NCBI GenBank assembly: GCA_951406725.2
Contig: OX597822.1
Location: 14,136,001 to 14,200,000, forward strand
Length of the DNA stretch: 64,000 bases
Reading direction: 5' to 3'
Origin: Octopus vulgaris
Lineage: Eukaryota
Below, one piece after another: positions 28,181 through 42,400 of this stretch (position 1 is its first letter; every line of letters starts with the position of its first letter). The notes under the pieces were generated by a model. That model saw only the letters and a program-made list of their open reading frames with translations, had not been told where the DNA came from and searched no databases. Made by a program: the position numbers and the translations under genes.

Positions 28181-28305
28181 TTGAGCGGGGACTGTTTCTG
28201 TACAGTTTATTATCTGAAATTACGTTTGTGTGTTTTTCAGTACTACATACATACATACATACATACATACATACATACATACATACATACATACTTCCCT
28301 AATAT

Positions 28306-28356
<51 letters not shown>

Positions 28357-29609
28357 GTATGTATGTATGTATAAGTATACATATATAGAGAGAGAGGGGG
28401 GAGTGTTATAAAAGAAAATGTATATTATTAAAAGAACCACAAAAATATTGATAAACTAGGGATCTTACAAGAAAGAAAAGAGGAAAGAAAACTCCGAGAA
28501 TAAAAACAAACAAAAATCGCAAAATCCCCCTAAAAATTCCCGTCTAAAAGAAAAGCAGCCCTTCGAGAAATATATCCTGAAAAAAGACTACCGATTGTTA
28601 TTATGCAAAGAAGTATAAGAGATAAAAACACGAAGAAGAATATGAAGAATATGATGATGGTAATGGTGATGGGGAATGATAGTGATACCAAGGAAAATAT
28701 AGTAGCAGAGTGTAAGAAGAAAGTTTGGTAAAGTTGGTCTCACCATTCTTGGACAGTTGCTGCCGTTAAGTCAGTCAGGTAAACCATGCTTTGCCGATAT
28801 TTGGCTGTCTGTCGTCTTTCAGTAGAGAAACGAAAAAGAGAAAGAACGAAACAAACATAGCATCAAGATGAGTCAATTACCACCCCACTCCTTCTATCAT
28901 CTCTCCCTCTCTCTCTTTTCTCTCTCTCTCTCTGTTCCTCTTTCTCTCTGACTCTTTTCTCTCTCTGCTGTGTACATGTCTATCTATTTTCGGCTCTAGT
29001 CTTCTCTCTTATTTAATTATTCACCTCATATTTTCGCTCTTTTTTCATAACTTTTTTGCCACTCTTTCCTTCTCTTTATCATTATCGTTATTATGTTTGA
29101 AATAAGTACCAGTTACGCACGGGGTCCATATAATCGACTAGCCCCCTTCCCTCAAAATATTTTCAAGGCCTTGTGCCTAGAATAGAAATTATCGTCATCA
29201 TCATCGTCATTATTATATCTGTAAATCTTGCACCCTTCTTCACTCCCTCATCCCCTCTCTTGCTCGCTCCCTATTTTTATTTGATTTGCTGTGACTCTTT
29301 CTCGTTCTGTGTACCTATAATTCTTTCTGTGACTCTCTCTCTCTCTCTCTCTTTCTGCCTCTCACCCTCTCTCCTCACATCTATGTCTACCTCTTTCTCT
29401 CTTTCTCTCTTTCTCCATTTACCTCTATTAATATCTCTTTCCCTGCTATTTACGTATCTACCTATCTATATTTATCTCGTTCAGTCACACCTCACTCTCT
29501 CCCTTTCTCTCTGTCCAGCTGTTTCCATTTCTTTTCTCTGCCAGTCTACATATCTATCTACCTACATACCTACCTGTCTCTCTCTCTCTCTCCATCTATC
29601 CTTTCTCTA

Positions 29610-29645
<36 letters not shown>

Positions 29646-29673
29646 GCTCACACACACTATGTGTGTGAGAGAC

Positions 29674-29777
<104 letters not shown>

Positions 29778-29814
29778 CCTAGTAATACAACATTGAAAAA
29801 GATTCGTAATTTTT

Positions 29815-29850
29815 TTCTCCGATGAAGGACTTGTGTACGAAACGTCGGAA
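29815..29850 (+). ncRNA. Degenerate minimal type I hammerhead ribozyme motif
   Basis: TTCT-CCGATGA-A-GGAC-TTGT-GTAC-GAAA-C-GTC-GGAA. Helix I is TTCT/GGAA, helix III is palindromic ACGT, and the triplet is GUC. U4 is C and helix II has one mismatch. Confidence 0.45.
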
Positions 29851-30162
29851 TATTGCGCTCACGACAACATATCAACTAAAATAATTTTGCCTGTATGCAT
29901 GCATGTATGTATGTATGTATGTATGTATGTATGTATGTATGTATGTATGTATGTATGTATGTATGTATGTATGTATGCATGCATGCATACATGTATGTAG
30001 GCATGCATGTATGTATGTATGCATGCATGCATGTATATACATATGTATGTATGCATGTATGTGCGTTATCTATTCTGCTATCTACGTATTCATGTTGTGT
30101 CTAGATTTCTTCTCACCCTTCGACACTCACACAGACACAATCATTCTTCCCCCTTCTGTTTG

Positions 30163-30219
<57 letters not shown>

Positions 30220-33200
30220 CTATCTATTTATCTATCTATCTATTCACACCCTCACTATTTCTATTTATTTGTCTATAAATAAGCCATCAGTGCTGAGCCA
30301 TCACATATAAGCCATCAGTGCTGAGGTACTAACAACAGGAGGCAAGCTTACGACTGATATATCACATGCAGTATTCAATAAGCTATAGAAAACTGAAAAC
30401 AAAATAACGAAACTCGGAAAGCTTAAATCTATGTGTTAAGTAACGCAGATACGTAAAATTGACAAGAAAAAGCCAGAAAGCTACAGAATGGCATTATTCT
30501 TGTAACTATCGGGGAAAATGTTCTGCAGAATCGTCTTTGATAGAATAAAACGTAAAACCGGAGAAACGGCAGGAGAGACTATGAAACTAATCGTTTCCTG
30601 AATTCTTAGCCAAGAATCGAAACGTTAGCCTAGATTTTTCTGCCAGGTTATTTCCATTGTTCTCGGCATTAACACTTAGAAATTTGTAAGGGTCAACCGT
30701 CAAACTTTGATAAGTTCTATTGTTTCAGGCAACATTCTTGGGTTAAATACGGGTGAACGTATATAAACTAATCTACTTCTCATTGTTCTCCGAACTGCAT
30801 TCACCTTTCCAACATGTATAAAGACGAACCCTCTTGGAATAATTGGCATCAGTCGTTTTCGCTATTTTTTCTTACCACCGTTAAAAAAATAGACTACGAC
30901 AACCTTTTGTATACTGACTCGAACGTCGAATTCACAGAAATTAAAACCTCTAAGAAATATCGGTCTTCTTTCTGTTGATTTTTTTTTATGTTGCATATTA
31001 CACTGTCTTAAGGAGTTGTAACGGTTGAAATTGTTTTGATGAAGGTTGAGATTTGTTGCAACGGCAACAAGATGAACAAATCATGAAGTTTTAAGGAAAT
31101 ATTTATTTACCCGTTGCATTATGCAATACCTTGCCCCGACGGGCAGGTGATAAAATCGTAAAGCATGCGAAGTAAACATAGATGTCGTAGATTTTTCTTG
31201 TATAGTTTGTGTACACATTATGTTAGCAGTAATTCACAGAAAGAGATAGAGTGATGTTGTAAGAGAACAGAATTAGAGCTAGTGAGAGTGAGAGAGTTTG
31301 GGACGAAATAACTGCTTCGTTGGCGAGATACCAAAGTTGTTCTTTTCCCCTTTCTCTTTTGAGATGGCGTTTTGGTCAGTGGGGCTCTGCAATCTCCGTT
31401 CTCACTGAGTTGTCACCAAGTGACTAACTTATTTCTTTACTTGTCAATGAATGACACACAGAGAGGGGACAATACAAGACCATACAAAGCATTTAGGTTT
31501 AGGAGTTATGACTGTCTTTTGATTGCGGGTTCTTGTTTTTATAAAACTATTCAGAAGGATAGACATATCGTTGAGAAGAATAGATTTAGTTGATTTAGTT
31601 GAGAACAATAGATTTAGGTGGCCTTGTTATCTTAATTCTAGCTTTTGGTGAAGTAGAAGAGGTTAGAAAGGTCAAGTGGTGAAGACATAATTTCGGCCTA
31701 GCTAAGGCAATCTGGCAAATGCAAAACTGCTGTCACAGAAAAACTAGTTTTACCGTGTGAAAAGTTCTGTTGAAGTGTTAATTTAAATTTGGCCATGATG
31801 GATCGAATCCACTTCATGCTTGCAAGATTCACTACAGAATTTTTATGGTTTAACAGTAACATTATTAGTTGCAAATAGTTCTGCTTTAGACAAAGTGGCG
31901 GCCACAGTTGATGCCATTTTTGTAGTCAGAAAATTGCTTCATATTTTGGTACAAGGCTGGCAATTTTGAGTTGAGGGGGTTTAGGCGATAACATTGACCT
32001 CAGTGCTGGACCGATACTTAATTCTATCCAACTCAAAATGATGAAAGGCAAAGTTGACTTCGGTGCGATTTAAACTCAGAACGTAAAGAGACGGAACAAA
32101 TGCGACGAAGCATTTTGTCCAATGCGCTACCGATCCTACCAGCTCCCTGCCTTCGGTGTCACATTTCGGCACGAGGCTGGCAATTTTATTTTAGGGGGCG
32201 GGGAGAATGAGATTACATCGATTCTAGTATTTGGCTGGTACTCTATCTGATCGGCCCCCAAAGAGAGGAAATATCAAGTCGACTCGGCGGAATCTGAACA
32301 CAGAGTGTAAAGAACCGGGAGAAATGCTGCAAAGAATTTTATTCGATGCGCTACCGATTCTACCACCTCGTCGATTTAGTCAACTAGATAACTAAAAACA
32401 ACAAAAGAACACCAAGTACCCTATTTCTTCAACTTGGTCAACTTCTGATCTATTTCCGACACTATTCAGAGGAAGGCCCAGTGGGAGGCGATGATAGCAA
32501 TACGAGATTTAGTCCCCAAGACAGTGCGAGTTACTGAGGCACTATTACAACACCACCTAACGTGCTGTAGTCGTTTACGATCAACATAACGATTGTAGTA
32601 CAGATGAATCTGAGACATGGTTGCACGCTGTCTCCATACCTTTTCAAAATTCTCATGGATTGTAGTGGCCATAAGAGAATTCATGATCTTCGAACCGTCA
32701 GAATTTTTTCAAATATTCATCACTGATGAAGTCTTGCATGACAATGACGGAAATCACATTAATTTTCCATTGAAATTTTCAAGTTAAAACAATTACAAAC
32801 TTTTAGTTAAAATTTTAGTTAATCGAAAGCCTCCATTATCAACATGCCAGACTCGCATTTGTCGTTTGGCTGTAGAATTGTCATCTGTTTTCAGAACATC
32901 AACAATAACCACATTTTTTCTTTCTTTTTGGCCAGGACTTTGAACCGATGCTGCAAGCTGTGTTTTTTTTTTTTGTCATTTTAAATACAATTTTTTAATT
33001 TTACGAAATTGATGCCTTATGAACGAATTTCGGAAATTTGATGGCTAAAATGAAGGCAAAGCATGATGTAGCAAAGTATGAAGGCAAGGTTTTATGAAGA
33101 CGAAGAAGTGATACCGAAGAAGATGTATTGCAGATAATACGACAGGAATATGAAAGGAGTTGACGGCAGCACGTATTGGCACTGAAACAAAATAACTATT

Positions 33201-35115
33201 TCTACTGTAGGCACAAGGCCTTGAAAATTTTTGGGGAAGGAGCCTAGTCGATTATATCGATTCCAATGCGTAACTGGTACTTATTTCAGAGACCCCGAAA
33301 GGATGAAAGGCAAAGTCGACCTCGGCAGAATTTGAACTCAGAAAAACGTTATTCAAAATTTTATTGAACCCAAGCAGAATTATTAAAGAAAGCGTTTAGT
33401 TTTTATCTTTTACTGGTTTCAGTTATTTGTCTGCGGTCATGCTGGGGCACCTCTTTGAAGGTTTTAGTCGAACAAATTGACCCCAGTAATCGGTATTTCT
33501 TTCTAAATCTTGTACTTTTTCTATCGAATACTTTTGGTTGAACTGCTCAGTTATACGGATGAAAATAAATCAACATTTTGTCAAGCAGTGGTGGGGTGAG
33601 AGACACACACACACATTCATATATGTACGACAGGCTTCTTACAGTTTCCGTTTGCATACGACGTCTCTATTACCCTCTAAGATTGAGAAACTCTGCTATA
33701 AAAAGAAAACAAAGTGATGTGCGTGCACAGGCATACGTGTGCGCGCGCGTATTTGTATGTTTCATGTGTCAAAGTGCCTAAAGCTCAATATGAAGAATGT
33801 AGAGTCAACATAAATTCTTTAACAACGAGAGTACCTTGTCAATTGATGCTACTAGCAGTTTCATCTGCAAAATGCAGATGCAAATGAATGTTGCTGTTAA
33901 TTTTCTACTATAGCCTCGGGCCGACCAAAGTCTTGTGAGTGGATCTGGTAGACGGAAACTGAAAGCCCGTTTGTTTTTCCCTGTCCTGTATTTTACTATT
34001 ATATCTTTTTACTGTTTATATTTTTTTACTGTTTATATTTTTACTGTTTATATTTTTGTACTGTCGTTACTGTCCTGTTTTTTTACCATTTTTTTTACCA
34101 TTTTTTACCCCTCTGCGAAAAGATCTCAGAATTTTAATTGATTTGCTTTTCGCAGGAAGGAAAGTTTCTTGTCGAAGATACGTCTCGCTTTTATCCTTCG
34201 AAACGTAGAGTAGATGAAACCTTAGCGACTGAAGAAGGGGTTTTTTCGTTGTGTTAATTGTCCTGTACTCCATTTTTTGTTGTTTTAAAAAAAATGTCCA
34301 GTTCCTTTGGTTTGTGTCTATGTTTTCGTTTCTCTTTGTGTTCGACGTCCCTTTGGTGTCCTGTACTCATATATGCGTGTATATGTACATGTAGAGGTAG
34401 GTACGTACATATATGTTTATATATATGCATATGTTTTATTTCATTTATTAATATATATATATATATATATGTGTGTGTGTATGTGTGTGTGTGTGTGTGC
34501 ATGTGTGTATGTGTGTGTGTGTGAGTTTGTCGCCCAACATCGCTTGACAACCGATGCTGGTGTGTTTACGTCCCCGTCACTTAGCGGTTCGGCAAGAGAG
34601 ACCGATAGAATAAGTACTAGGCTTACAAAGAATAAGTCCTGGGGTCGATTTGCTCGACTAAAGGCGGTGCTCCAGCATGGCCGCAGTAAATGACTGAAAC
34701 AAAAGAATATATATGTTTGCATTTGTGTGACTGTGTTTGTTCCCCCACCCATCGCTTGACAACCGATGTTGGTGTGTTTGCGTCTCCGTAACTTAACAGT
34801 TCGGCAAAAGAGACTAGGCTTACAAAGAATAAGTCCTGGAGTCGATTTGTTCGACTAAAGGCAGTACTCCAGCATGGCCGCAGTCAAATGACCATAACAA
34901 GTAAAAGAATAAGAAAAAGATTTTTTTTTAAATGATAGATCTTAACAAAATAATAACAGAGGAATGAAATAGTTTTAAGCTTTCGAGGCAAGAACGCGTC
35001 GGTTCGAAGTCGGCAGACGGCATCTGAAGAATTTGCTTTGGTCGGGCGGTGTTCCGCATCATCCAAGTAGATTCAATCCGGGTATATTGGCGAAACGTCA
35101 AAGTGCCAAAGTTTC

Positions 35116-35455
35116 GCCGCCGCCGCCGCCACCACCACCATATTAACAACAACAACAACAACAACAACAAATTTCACCATTATTGTAAAGAATGTATCTG
35201 CAGTTCAAAGCAGTGTTTACCACCACCTCTACCACCACCACCACATCCACCACCACCACCACCAACCACCACCACCAACCACCCACCACCACCACCTCCA
35301 CCACCCACCACCACCACCACCACCACCACCACCACCACCACCACCACCACCACCACCACCACCACCACCACCACCACCACCACCACCACCACCTCCACCA
35401 CCACCAGCACCACCACCAGCACCACCACTACCACCAACACCTCCACCACCACCAA
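35116..35455. repeat. (ACC)n/(AAC)n trinucleotide microsatellite
   Basis: Direct reading. Confidence 0.9.
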
Positions 35456-36109
35456 GGCTGAATCGTAACAGCATTAGGCAAATACCTTGCGATAATTTGT
35501 TCCGGCTTTTCGCGTTCTCAGTTCAAATTCCGCTGACGTCAACTTCTCGTCCTTTACCGAGGGCCGTTTAAATAAACTACCAGTTCAGGGTGGTGAAACC
35601 CCCCTCTCCGTCCTCTCTCTCACTCTCACTTTCTGAGACAGCGTCCATAGTAAGGGAATCTCTATACGGATGCTAGAAACAACAGCCAAATCTCCTTCAA
35701 ATCACAACCAATTGTTTTTCTAAAAAAAGATATTTGGAGACGTGTGGTCCCGAGTCCCTTTCATACACACACATAGCGGGAGGGGGGGGCTACGATGGTC
35801 ACAGTTGGAATACCCTTGGTCATAGCCCTGTTCGACTGGGGATGACCAGGAGCTAAGCAGTAACGACACAAACCACTACCACCACCATCACCACCATCAC
35901 CACAGCAACACCTCTTCATCCTCAACGATGCTACACACCGCCGCCGCCACCACCATTATTCCACACCACCACCACCACCACCACAACAGCACTGCCACCG
36001 CCACCATCCCTACTACTGCCTCTACACCGCCGCCACCACTACATAAGCCTAGCGCCATTATGACTATATTTTGCCCTATTGTAATTTAATCTGTCTTTCC
36101 TGATTTCAA

Positions 36110-36420
36110 CTTCCCCCCACCCTTTCTCTCTATTTATCTTCCTTCCTTCCTTCCTTCCCCCCACCCTTTCTCTCTATTTATCTTCCTTCCTTCCTTCCTT
36201 CCCCCCACCCTTTCTCTCTATTTATCTTCCTTCCTTCCTTCCTTCCCCCCACCCTTTCTCTCTATTTATCTTCCTTCCTTCCTTCCTTCCCCCCACCCTT
36301 TCTCTCTATTTATCTTCCTTCCTTCCTTCCCCCCACCCTTTCTCTCTATTTATCTTCCTTCCTTCCTTCCACCCACCCTTTCTCTCTATTTATCTTCCTT
36401 CCTTCCTTCCTTCCTTCCTT
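36110..36420. repeat. Polypyrimidine minisatellite, ~43-47-bp unit, about 7 copies
   Basis: The unit CCCCCACCCTTTCTCTCTATTTATC(TTCC)n is repeated, and a (TTTC)n tract continues to ~36812. Confidence 0.85.
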
Positions 36421-36748
36421 TCTGTCTTTCTGTCTTTCTTTCTTTTGTTCTTTCGTGCGTTCATTCGTTCGTTCGTTCTTTCATTCATTTTATTTTTTCT
36501 TCTTTCCTTCCTTTATATTTCAGATCGTTTCCCCTTTTCTTTCTTTCTATCTTTCTTTTTCTTTCTTCGTTTTTGTTTCTTTCTTTCTTCCCGTCTTCAT
36601 TTTTCATTCTGTCGTTCATCTTACACTTCCCTCCTTTACTTTCTGTTTATCTTCCTTCCTTCCTTCTTTCCTTTCGTCCTTCCTTCCTTTCTTCCTTCCT
36701 TCCTGTCTTTCGTCCTTCCTTCCTTCTTTCCTTTCTTTTTTCTTTTTT

Positions 36749-36813
<65 letters not shown>

Positions 36814-37859
36814 TAGTCTGGTTCCGATACTGCGCTCGTCACTAAGGTGGGCGTCTGGCATAACAACCTTTTAAAAAAGGGTTGCTTGGCATAACTACTT
36901 AAAAGGAGGCGCTTGGAATAACAACTCCTTAGAAAAGGGTGCTGCAAAAATAATGATAAAAAAAAGGGCGGGTAAGAACCACTTTTCTAGTGCCAACAAG
37001 AGAGCCTCGACATGATTGCTTGGTCTGCTAAAAATAGCAACTAGCTCTTCCTCAAGTCACATTCTACAGTCTCAAATAAAGAAAAACAATGCAGCTCTGA
37101 AAATACAATGACGAGAGAGTCACGGCTGGAAATACCTTTGATTATAAGTCTGCTTGATCAGCATCGAACTAAATCTGTTATCTGCTATCTTCAGATAACT
37201 GTTCTAGTTATGACCTCAAGACTTGAAATTATTTTGGTGGGGACGGAAGAGGGGTTTGTCGATTACATCTACCCCCATGTATAACTGGTACATTGTTCTA
37301 TGAAAGGCAAAGTTTACTTCGTTGGGATTTGAAATCAGAACAGAAAATGCCGAAGAAAATATTGCAAAGTATTTTGTCCGACAAATGGGTGGAGTAGTTA
37401 GAATGTCTCTGTAAGTCCAAGCCACCCTTATGTAATGATATATCGAAGCCGCATCCCATATTTTAGGTGTAGTTTCCATCCATGACAACCTCCGGCTCAG
37501 TTTTGAGTGAGACTGTCCGCTCTTGTTGTCATTCTGTCTGTGCAAGTTGGATGGAACTAAATTCCGGAATACTTTTAAACAGATTTGTGGGTCAGCGGTA
37601 AGCAGATCTTTGTGCCAGTATGGTCTTGATAATTTATTCTTGTTTATCTCACATTGTAACTACCACATATTCTTCCAATTTAACAAAGATTTCCCCTGAT
37701 TCGAACTCCATTTAACTAAATTGTCGTTCTTCTATTGAATCACTATCAGCGCCGGTTTTAGGCATAAACTAAAAAAAAAAAAAAAAAAGCTCAGGGCTTC
37801 AAAATAAGCATTTATGTTTCCAAATTCCATAAGACATTCCAATGTAATTGATCAAGAAG

Positions 37860-38130
37860 GCGTCTCTGGGCTTTATATAGATTAATGCCTCACTAAGTCT
37901 AAATCAAGTTCTGACCGTTATTTATTTGTGTCTCTTCGTACAACCAACCTACGAGTATTGAGTTCCAGAACCCAACCATGCAAAATCAAAGAAAGAGGAC
38001 ACACTTGGCGGTCAGAGAACGTGATGCTGAACTTTCTAATTGGCAGCTATTCTCTCTAACACGCTTTTGCAGTTGGTATCGAAATCGATTGCACTCAGTA
38101 TTGATATAAATTGGTCAGGGTACTAACGAA
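37860..38130 (-). pseudogene. Possible highly decayed Penelope-like GIY-YIG remnant
   Basis: Minus-strand fragments NLYQY, YQLQKRVRE and RLSEALIYIKP in different frames resemble PLE endonuclease segments. Confidence 0.3.
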
Positions 38131-38193
38131 ACCCGATGTATTTCATACTTTCACTGTCCAAGAAAGATATACCTGAAATTATACACGTTTGGG

Positions 38194-38442
38194 CAGATCG
38201 AGAAATACCTATTTCTTTCCTGCCCACAAGGGCCTAAACACAGAGGGGACAAACAAGGACAGACAAACGGATTAAGTCGATTATATCGACCCCAGTGGGT
38301 AACTGGTACTTAATTTATCGATCGCGAAAGGATGAAAGGCAAAGTCGACCTCGGCGGAATTTGAACTCAGAACGTAACGGCAGACGAAATACGGCTACGC
38401 ATTTCGCCCGGCGTGCTAACGTTTCTGTCAGATCGAGAAATA
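38194..38442 (-). mobile_element. Young, slightly 5'-truncated Meta-like SINE with 14-bp TSD
   Basis: CAGATCGAGAAATA occurs directly at 38194-38207 and 38429-38442, flanking the SINE. Confidence 0.8.
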
Positions 38443-39055
38443 AATACCAAAGACAAAATACCGATCTCATAGCATCTTGATTAAAAGCTTTAATTCTGCA
38501 ATATAGTTTCTATACGAGTCATATCTAATAAGGCTTTTCGTCCTTTCCAGCTCACAGGACTTAAGCATTTTGTCCGACGTGCGAACGATTCTGTCAGCTC
38601 ACCCACTTAATTAGTTGTATTAATTAATATCAACTTTTACTTCGCTAACTTATCTTGCTACCATAAACTTTCTATGTCTGAAACGTTACTTCCAGCAACC
38701 AAGTTCCTACCTAAGTTGACAGAATAGATTTGTGTAATTAAGCAGCTTGATGTTTCTTATGAAGGAAAACCCCTTTGTTTAAAGGAATGCTCTGCCTATT
38801 CAACAATCCAGTTTTATCACTTATCAACGGATTTTTCTATAGTTTTATCTTGCAGTGGAATATACAATTAAATAAATGAAATTAATAGCTGTATAAAGCC
38901 TTTTATCAGTAACAAATGGATGCGTTACCACAGTAACAATGTGATAAGTGAGAGGGTGGTTGAATAAGAAGAGTAATCATTCGTTTTCAATTCATCGTCT
39001 GTTTTACTGTTAAAAGCTTGTATGGAATGCGACGGTCCCAAGGAGAGAAAATAAC

Positions 39056-39846
39056 AAGGGTTGATCGTCACGAGTGTTAAAAATAACTAAACTTGTCGAA
39101 CACGTTCGCAATGAACAGCTGACCAGACCGATTTTCACTTAGGCTACGAAACGGAAGTGACGTAGAGTCTGTAAACGTCTAAGCCGACACGCAACACATA
39201 CAAATATTGTCTACATTTGGTGTCTATTATGATTAAATGATTTAAATATTTTACAGAAAATTTTATAAACATAAAACACTAAGCTTGATTAAACTGCTTC
39301 AATCGCGGGGGTTTTTTTTTTGCTATAAGATTAATTAAATTGACTTAATTTAAGTTTTGTAGAATAGTTTATAAACACAGAACATTATAGTTAAATCAAA
39401 CTAATCTAATTGCCGTTTAAAAGTATATTTCATTGTTTTTACGTGATGACTTTTGAGATTAATTGAATTCGTTTTCTATTATATTTCATAATTAATTATA
39501 ATTAAATATTTCGATTAGCTCAATTATGTTTTGAACATATTTGACCTGTAAAAACGTAATTTTTCATTGCAGTTTACTACGGAGAAAATTCTTGCTTTAG
39601 GCAATAGTTGTCAAAATACCATTAAAATATATTTGTATGTCGGCTGTTAAGGCACTTCCATGAGTAAACAATGGCTATAATTGTATCGAGGAAATTCATC
39701 AGCTAAGACGGCTGCATTCTCTACGTCACTTCCGTGTTTCTTACCGGAGATGAAAGTCGGTATGTTTGGCATAGATATGGGACAAATTAACCTTTTTAAA
39801 CAATCTGAACCACTGTTTTACAGCCGTTAAAAAAACAACAACCCTT
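39056..39846. mobile_element. Old MITE-like element with imperfect inverted ends
   Basis: 39121-39190 is an imperfect reverse complement of 39697-39770, with an exact 17-mer ACGGAAGTGACGTAGAG. Outer AAGGGTTG/CAACCCTT. Confidence 0.55.
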
Positions 39847-40099
39847 ATTCATAAATTTGCTTGATCAATAAAGCATGATTAATAAAACAGAAACCATTTG
39901 TTCTTTTTTCTAGAGATATATGTCTATGTAGAGCAAATGCAACCTGGATATTTGGGGATATACCTTAAACAATTGTGCCACTCCCTCGACTTTATTCCCT
40001 ATAACTTTCAGAGGGTCTACATTACGAATACATCAGAATTTGTTGTGAAAAAGTTTTCTGGAGGTGGGAAAAGTGGGGTTTTGGATAGGTCACACGAAT

Positions 40100-40432
40100 C
40101 GACTTTGTTTCCTCATAACTTTCAGGAAAATGGATAATTTTTAATTAAATTTTCTAGAAATAATTTTCAGATGACGTAAATTTCAATTGTACCGGAATTT
40201 AACGTGAAAAAAAAAATAACACACGTCCCTTTATATTTTCAAAACGAAACTTAAAATTTTAAAAAGATTACGTGATCTGTGTCTGAATGTCTGCCTGCCT
40301 ACAATTTTTTTTCTTCTTTTAACCTTAAATTCCGACATAATCGTAATCTACACCATCTGAAAAGTATTTGTAGAATATTTCTTTTTAAAAAATATCCTCT
40401 ATTTTTCTAAAAGTTATGCGGGAACGAAGTCG
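40100..40432. mobile_element. Old MITE with ~100-bp imperfect TIRs
   Basis: CGACTTTGTTTCCTCATAACTTT...CCGGAATTT versus AAATTCCG...AAAGTTATGCGGGAACGAAGTCG. Confidence 0.55.
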
Positions 40433-40957
40433 GGGTGGGGCACACTTTGTATGTTTTCCTCTATTGAAATTCTTTTCTCGCGCCTCATTTAATTTTGTTT
40501 ATTAACCAGTGTATGTACATATTATTTTCTCTTGAATGTCTTCCTATCAATTGTAATTATTTACCAACTTCCACATGAAAAATGATTTCGTTTTTTGACA
40601 AATTTTAAAGCAGTCTTCGTAAGGTAAAGAGGTCTTTTCCCAGAACCTAAATCTCTATTGAGTAGACGCTTTGGAATGTGTTCGTCTTCCACCCGAACTC
40701 TACAGCCTGCCGGCTACCTCAACCTGCTACGTCCCAAGAGAGCCTCTATGCTTACACTTGCTAAATGAAGGACCTTCACATCTCTCTAGTCTCTCAAAGA
40801 TATGTGCGAAATGTATCGAAGATACCTTTATTGAAAACATTCCAAGTGGTTGATATGTTTTGGATATTAATGTCCGGAAGTGTCCTGCCGTGCAAACGTC
40901 TCTCTTGAGGTTTTTCTTGCTTTGCTTTTGGTTTTTGCTCATTCAGTTTATAATACA

Positions 40958-40991
<34 letters not shown>

Positions 40992-41277
40992 CATACATAC
41001 ATACATACATTTGCATGTATGTATATACACACACATCCATACATATATATAGAAAGGGGGAAAAACAGGGAGAGAAATACATATAAAGATTATAAAGATA
41101 TATACATACATACGTGCGCACGTACGTGCTTAGGTACACACAGGTATAAGTTTAATGTATGACGGGTGGAGAGAATGAGAGAGAGAGACAGACAGTGTGA
41201 GAGAGAGAGTGTGTGTGTGTGTGTATGAAAGAACGAGAAATAAATATAAACACATACATATATACATACACATACAT

Positions 41278-41310
<33 letters not shown>

Positions 41311-41336
41311 CACATACATATACATTTAATGGCGGG

Positions 41337-41403
<67 letters not shown>

Positions 41404-42135
41404 GTATTGCTTTTAATCTTTTTTACGGCTAGTTGCTGACATTTTGCCACAGGTTAACACACCATTGAGAATTGCATGGAGTGTTTGTCTTTTCACAGAC
41501 ATTTTTTTTTAATCTCAAAGTAACCTTCTTAGAGAGGCGAATTGATGAGAAGAGTAGAAACAACAATAAAACAACGATAATATCAAAACGGCGAGTTGAA
41601 TAAACAAAGGAATTACATTGGATTGATAAGGTTAGGTGAATAAACTGGTTAAAAAAAATTCAGTGAAATCCGGAATTTACCGAAGAAGTTTTTCGTTAAC
41701 TTCCGTCGGAAGTTTTATTATTCTATAATTAATATGTAAAGGCGCAGGTGGAGTTGTGTGGTAAGAAGCTTGCTTCCTGACCATATGCTTCCAGGTTCAG
41801 TCTCACTGTGTGGAAACATGGGTAAGAAGTATCTTCTACGGCATTCTTTCGATATGAGTCCCGTTTACATCACGTGTATTTGTTTACATTTGAAGAAGAA
41901 GATCGTCACTTGCCGTAAAATTTTAATTTTTTTTATATATGTGGGGTTAGGGTTATGTGTGGGGGAAGAATATCTTTTTTCGTCAGAAATGTGAATAAAC
42001 CTACGTGGGTTTATAAGTGACAGCTATGTTACTAGTAACGAATGATCGCCGTCTTCTACTATAGCCTCGAGCCGATCAAGGCCTAGTAAATGGGTTTGGT
42101 AGACGGAAACTGAAAGAAGCCCGTCGTGTCTGTGC

Positions 42136-42182
<47 letters not shown>

Positions 42183-42400
42183 TAATTGTCCCCTACCACC
42201 GTTTCACAACCAATGTTGGTGTGTCAATGTCTCCGTAACTTAGCGATTCGGCAAAACAAACCGATAGATTAAGTGCCAGACTTTAAACAAAGAATTACTG
42301 AAGTCGATTCATTCGAATAAAATTCCTCAAAGGCAGTGCCCCAGCATGGCCGTAGTCTAAAAACTGAAACAAGTAAAAAACAAATAATAAAAGATATTTA

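Noticed and set aside
32715-32760. CTGATGA-A-GTC...GAC-GGAAAT hammerhead-like string
   Set aside because: There is no valid helix III, cleavage triplet or helix I.
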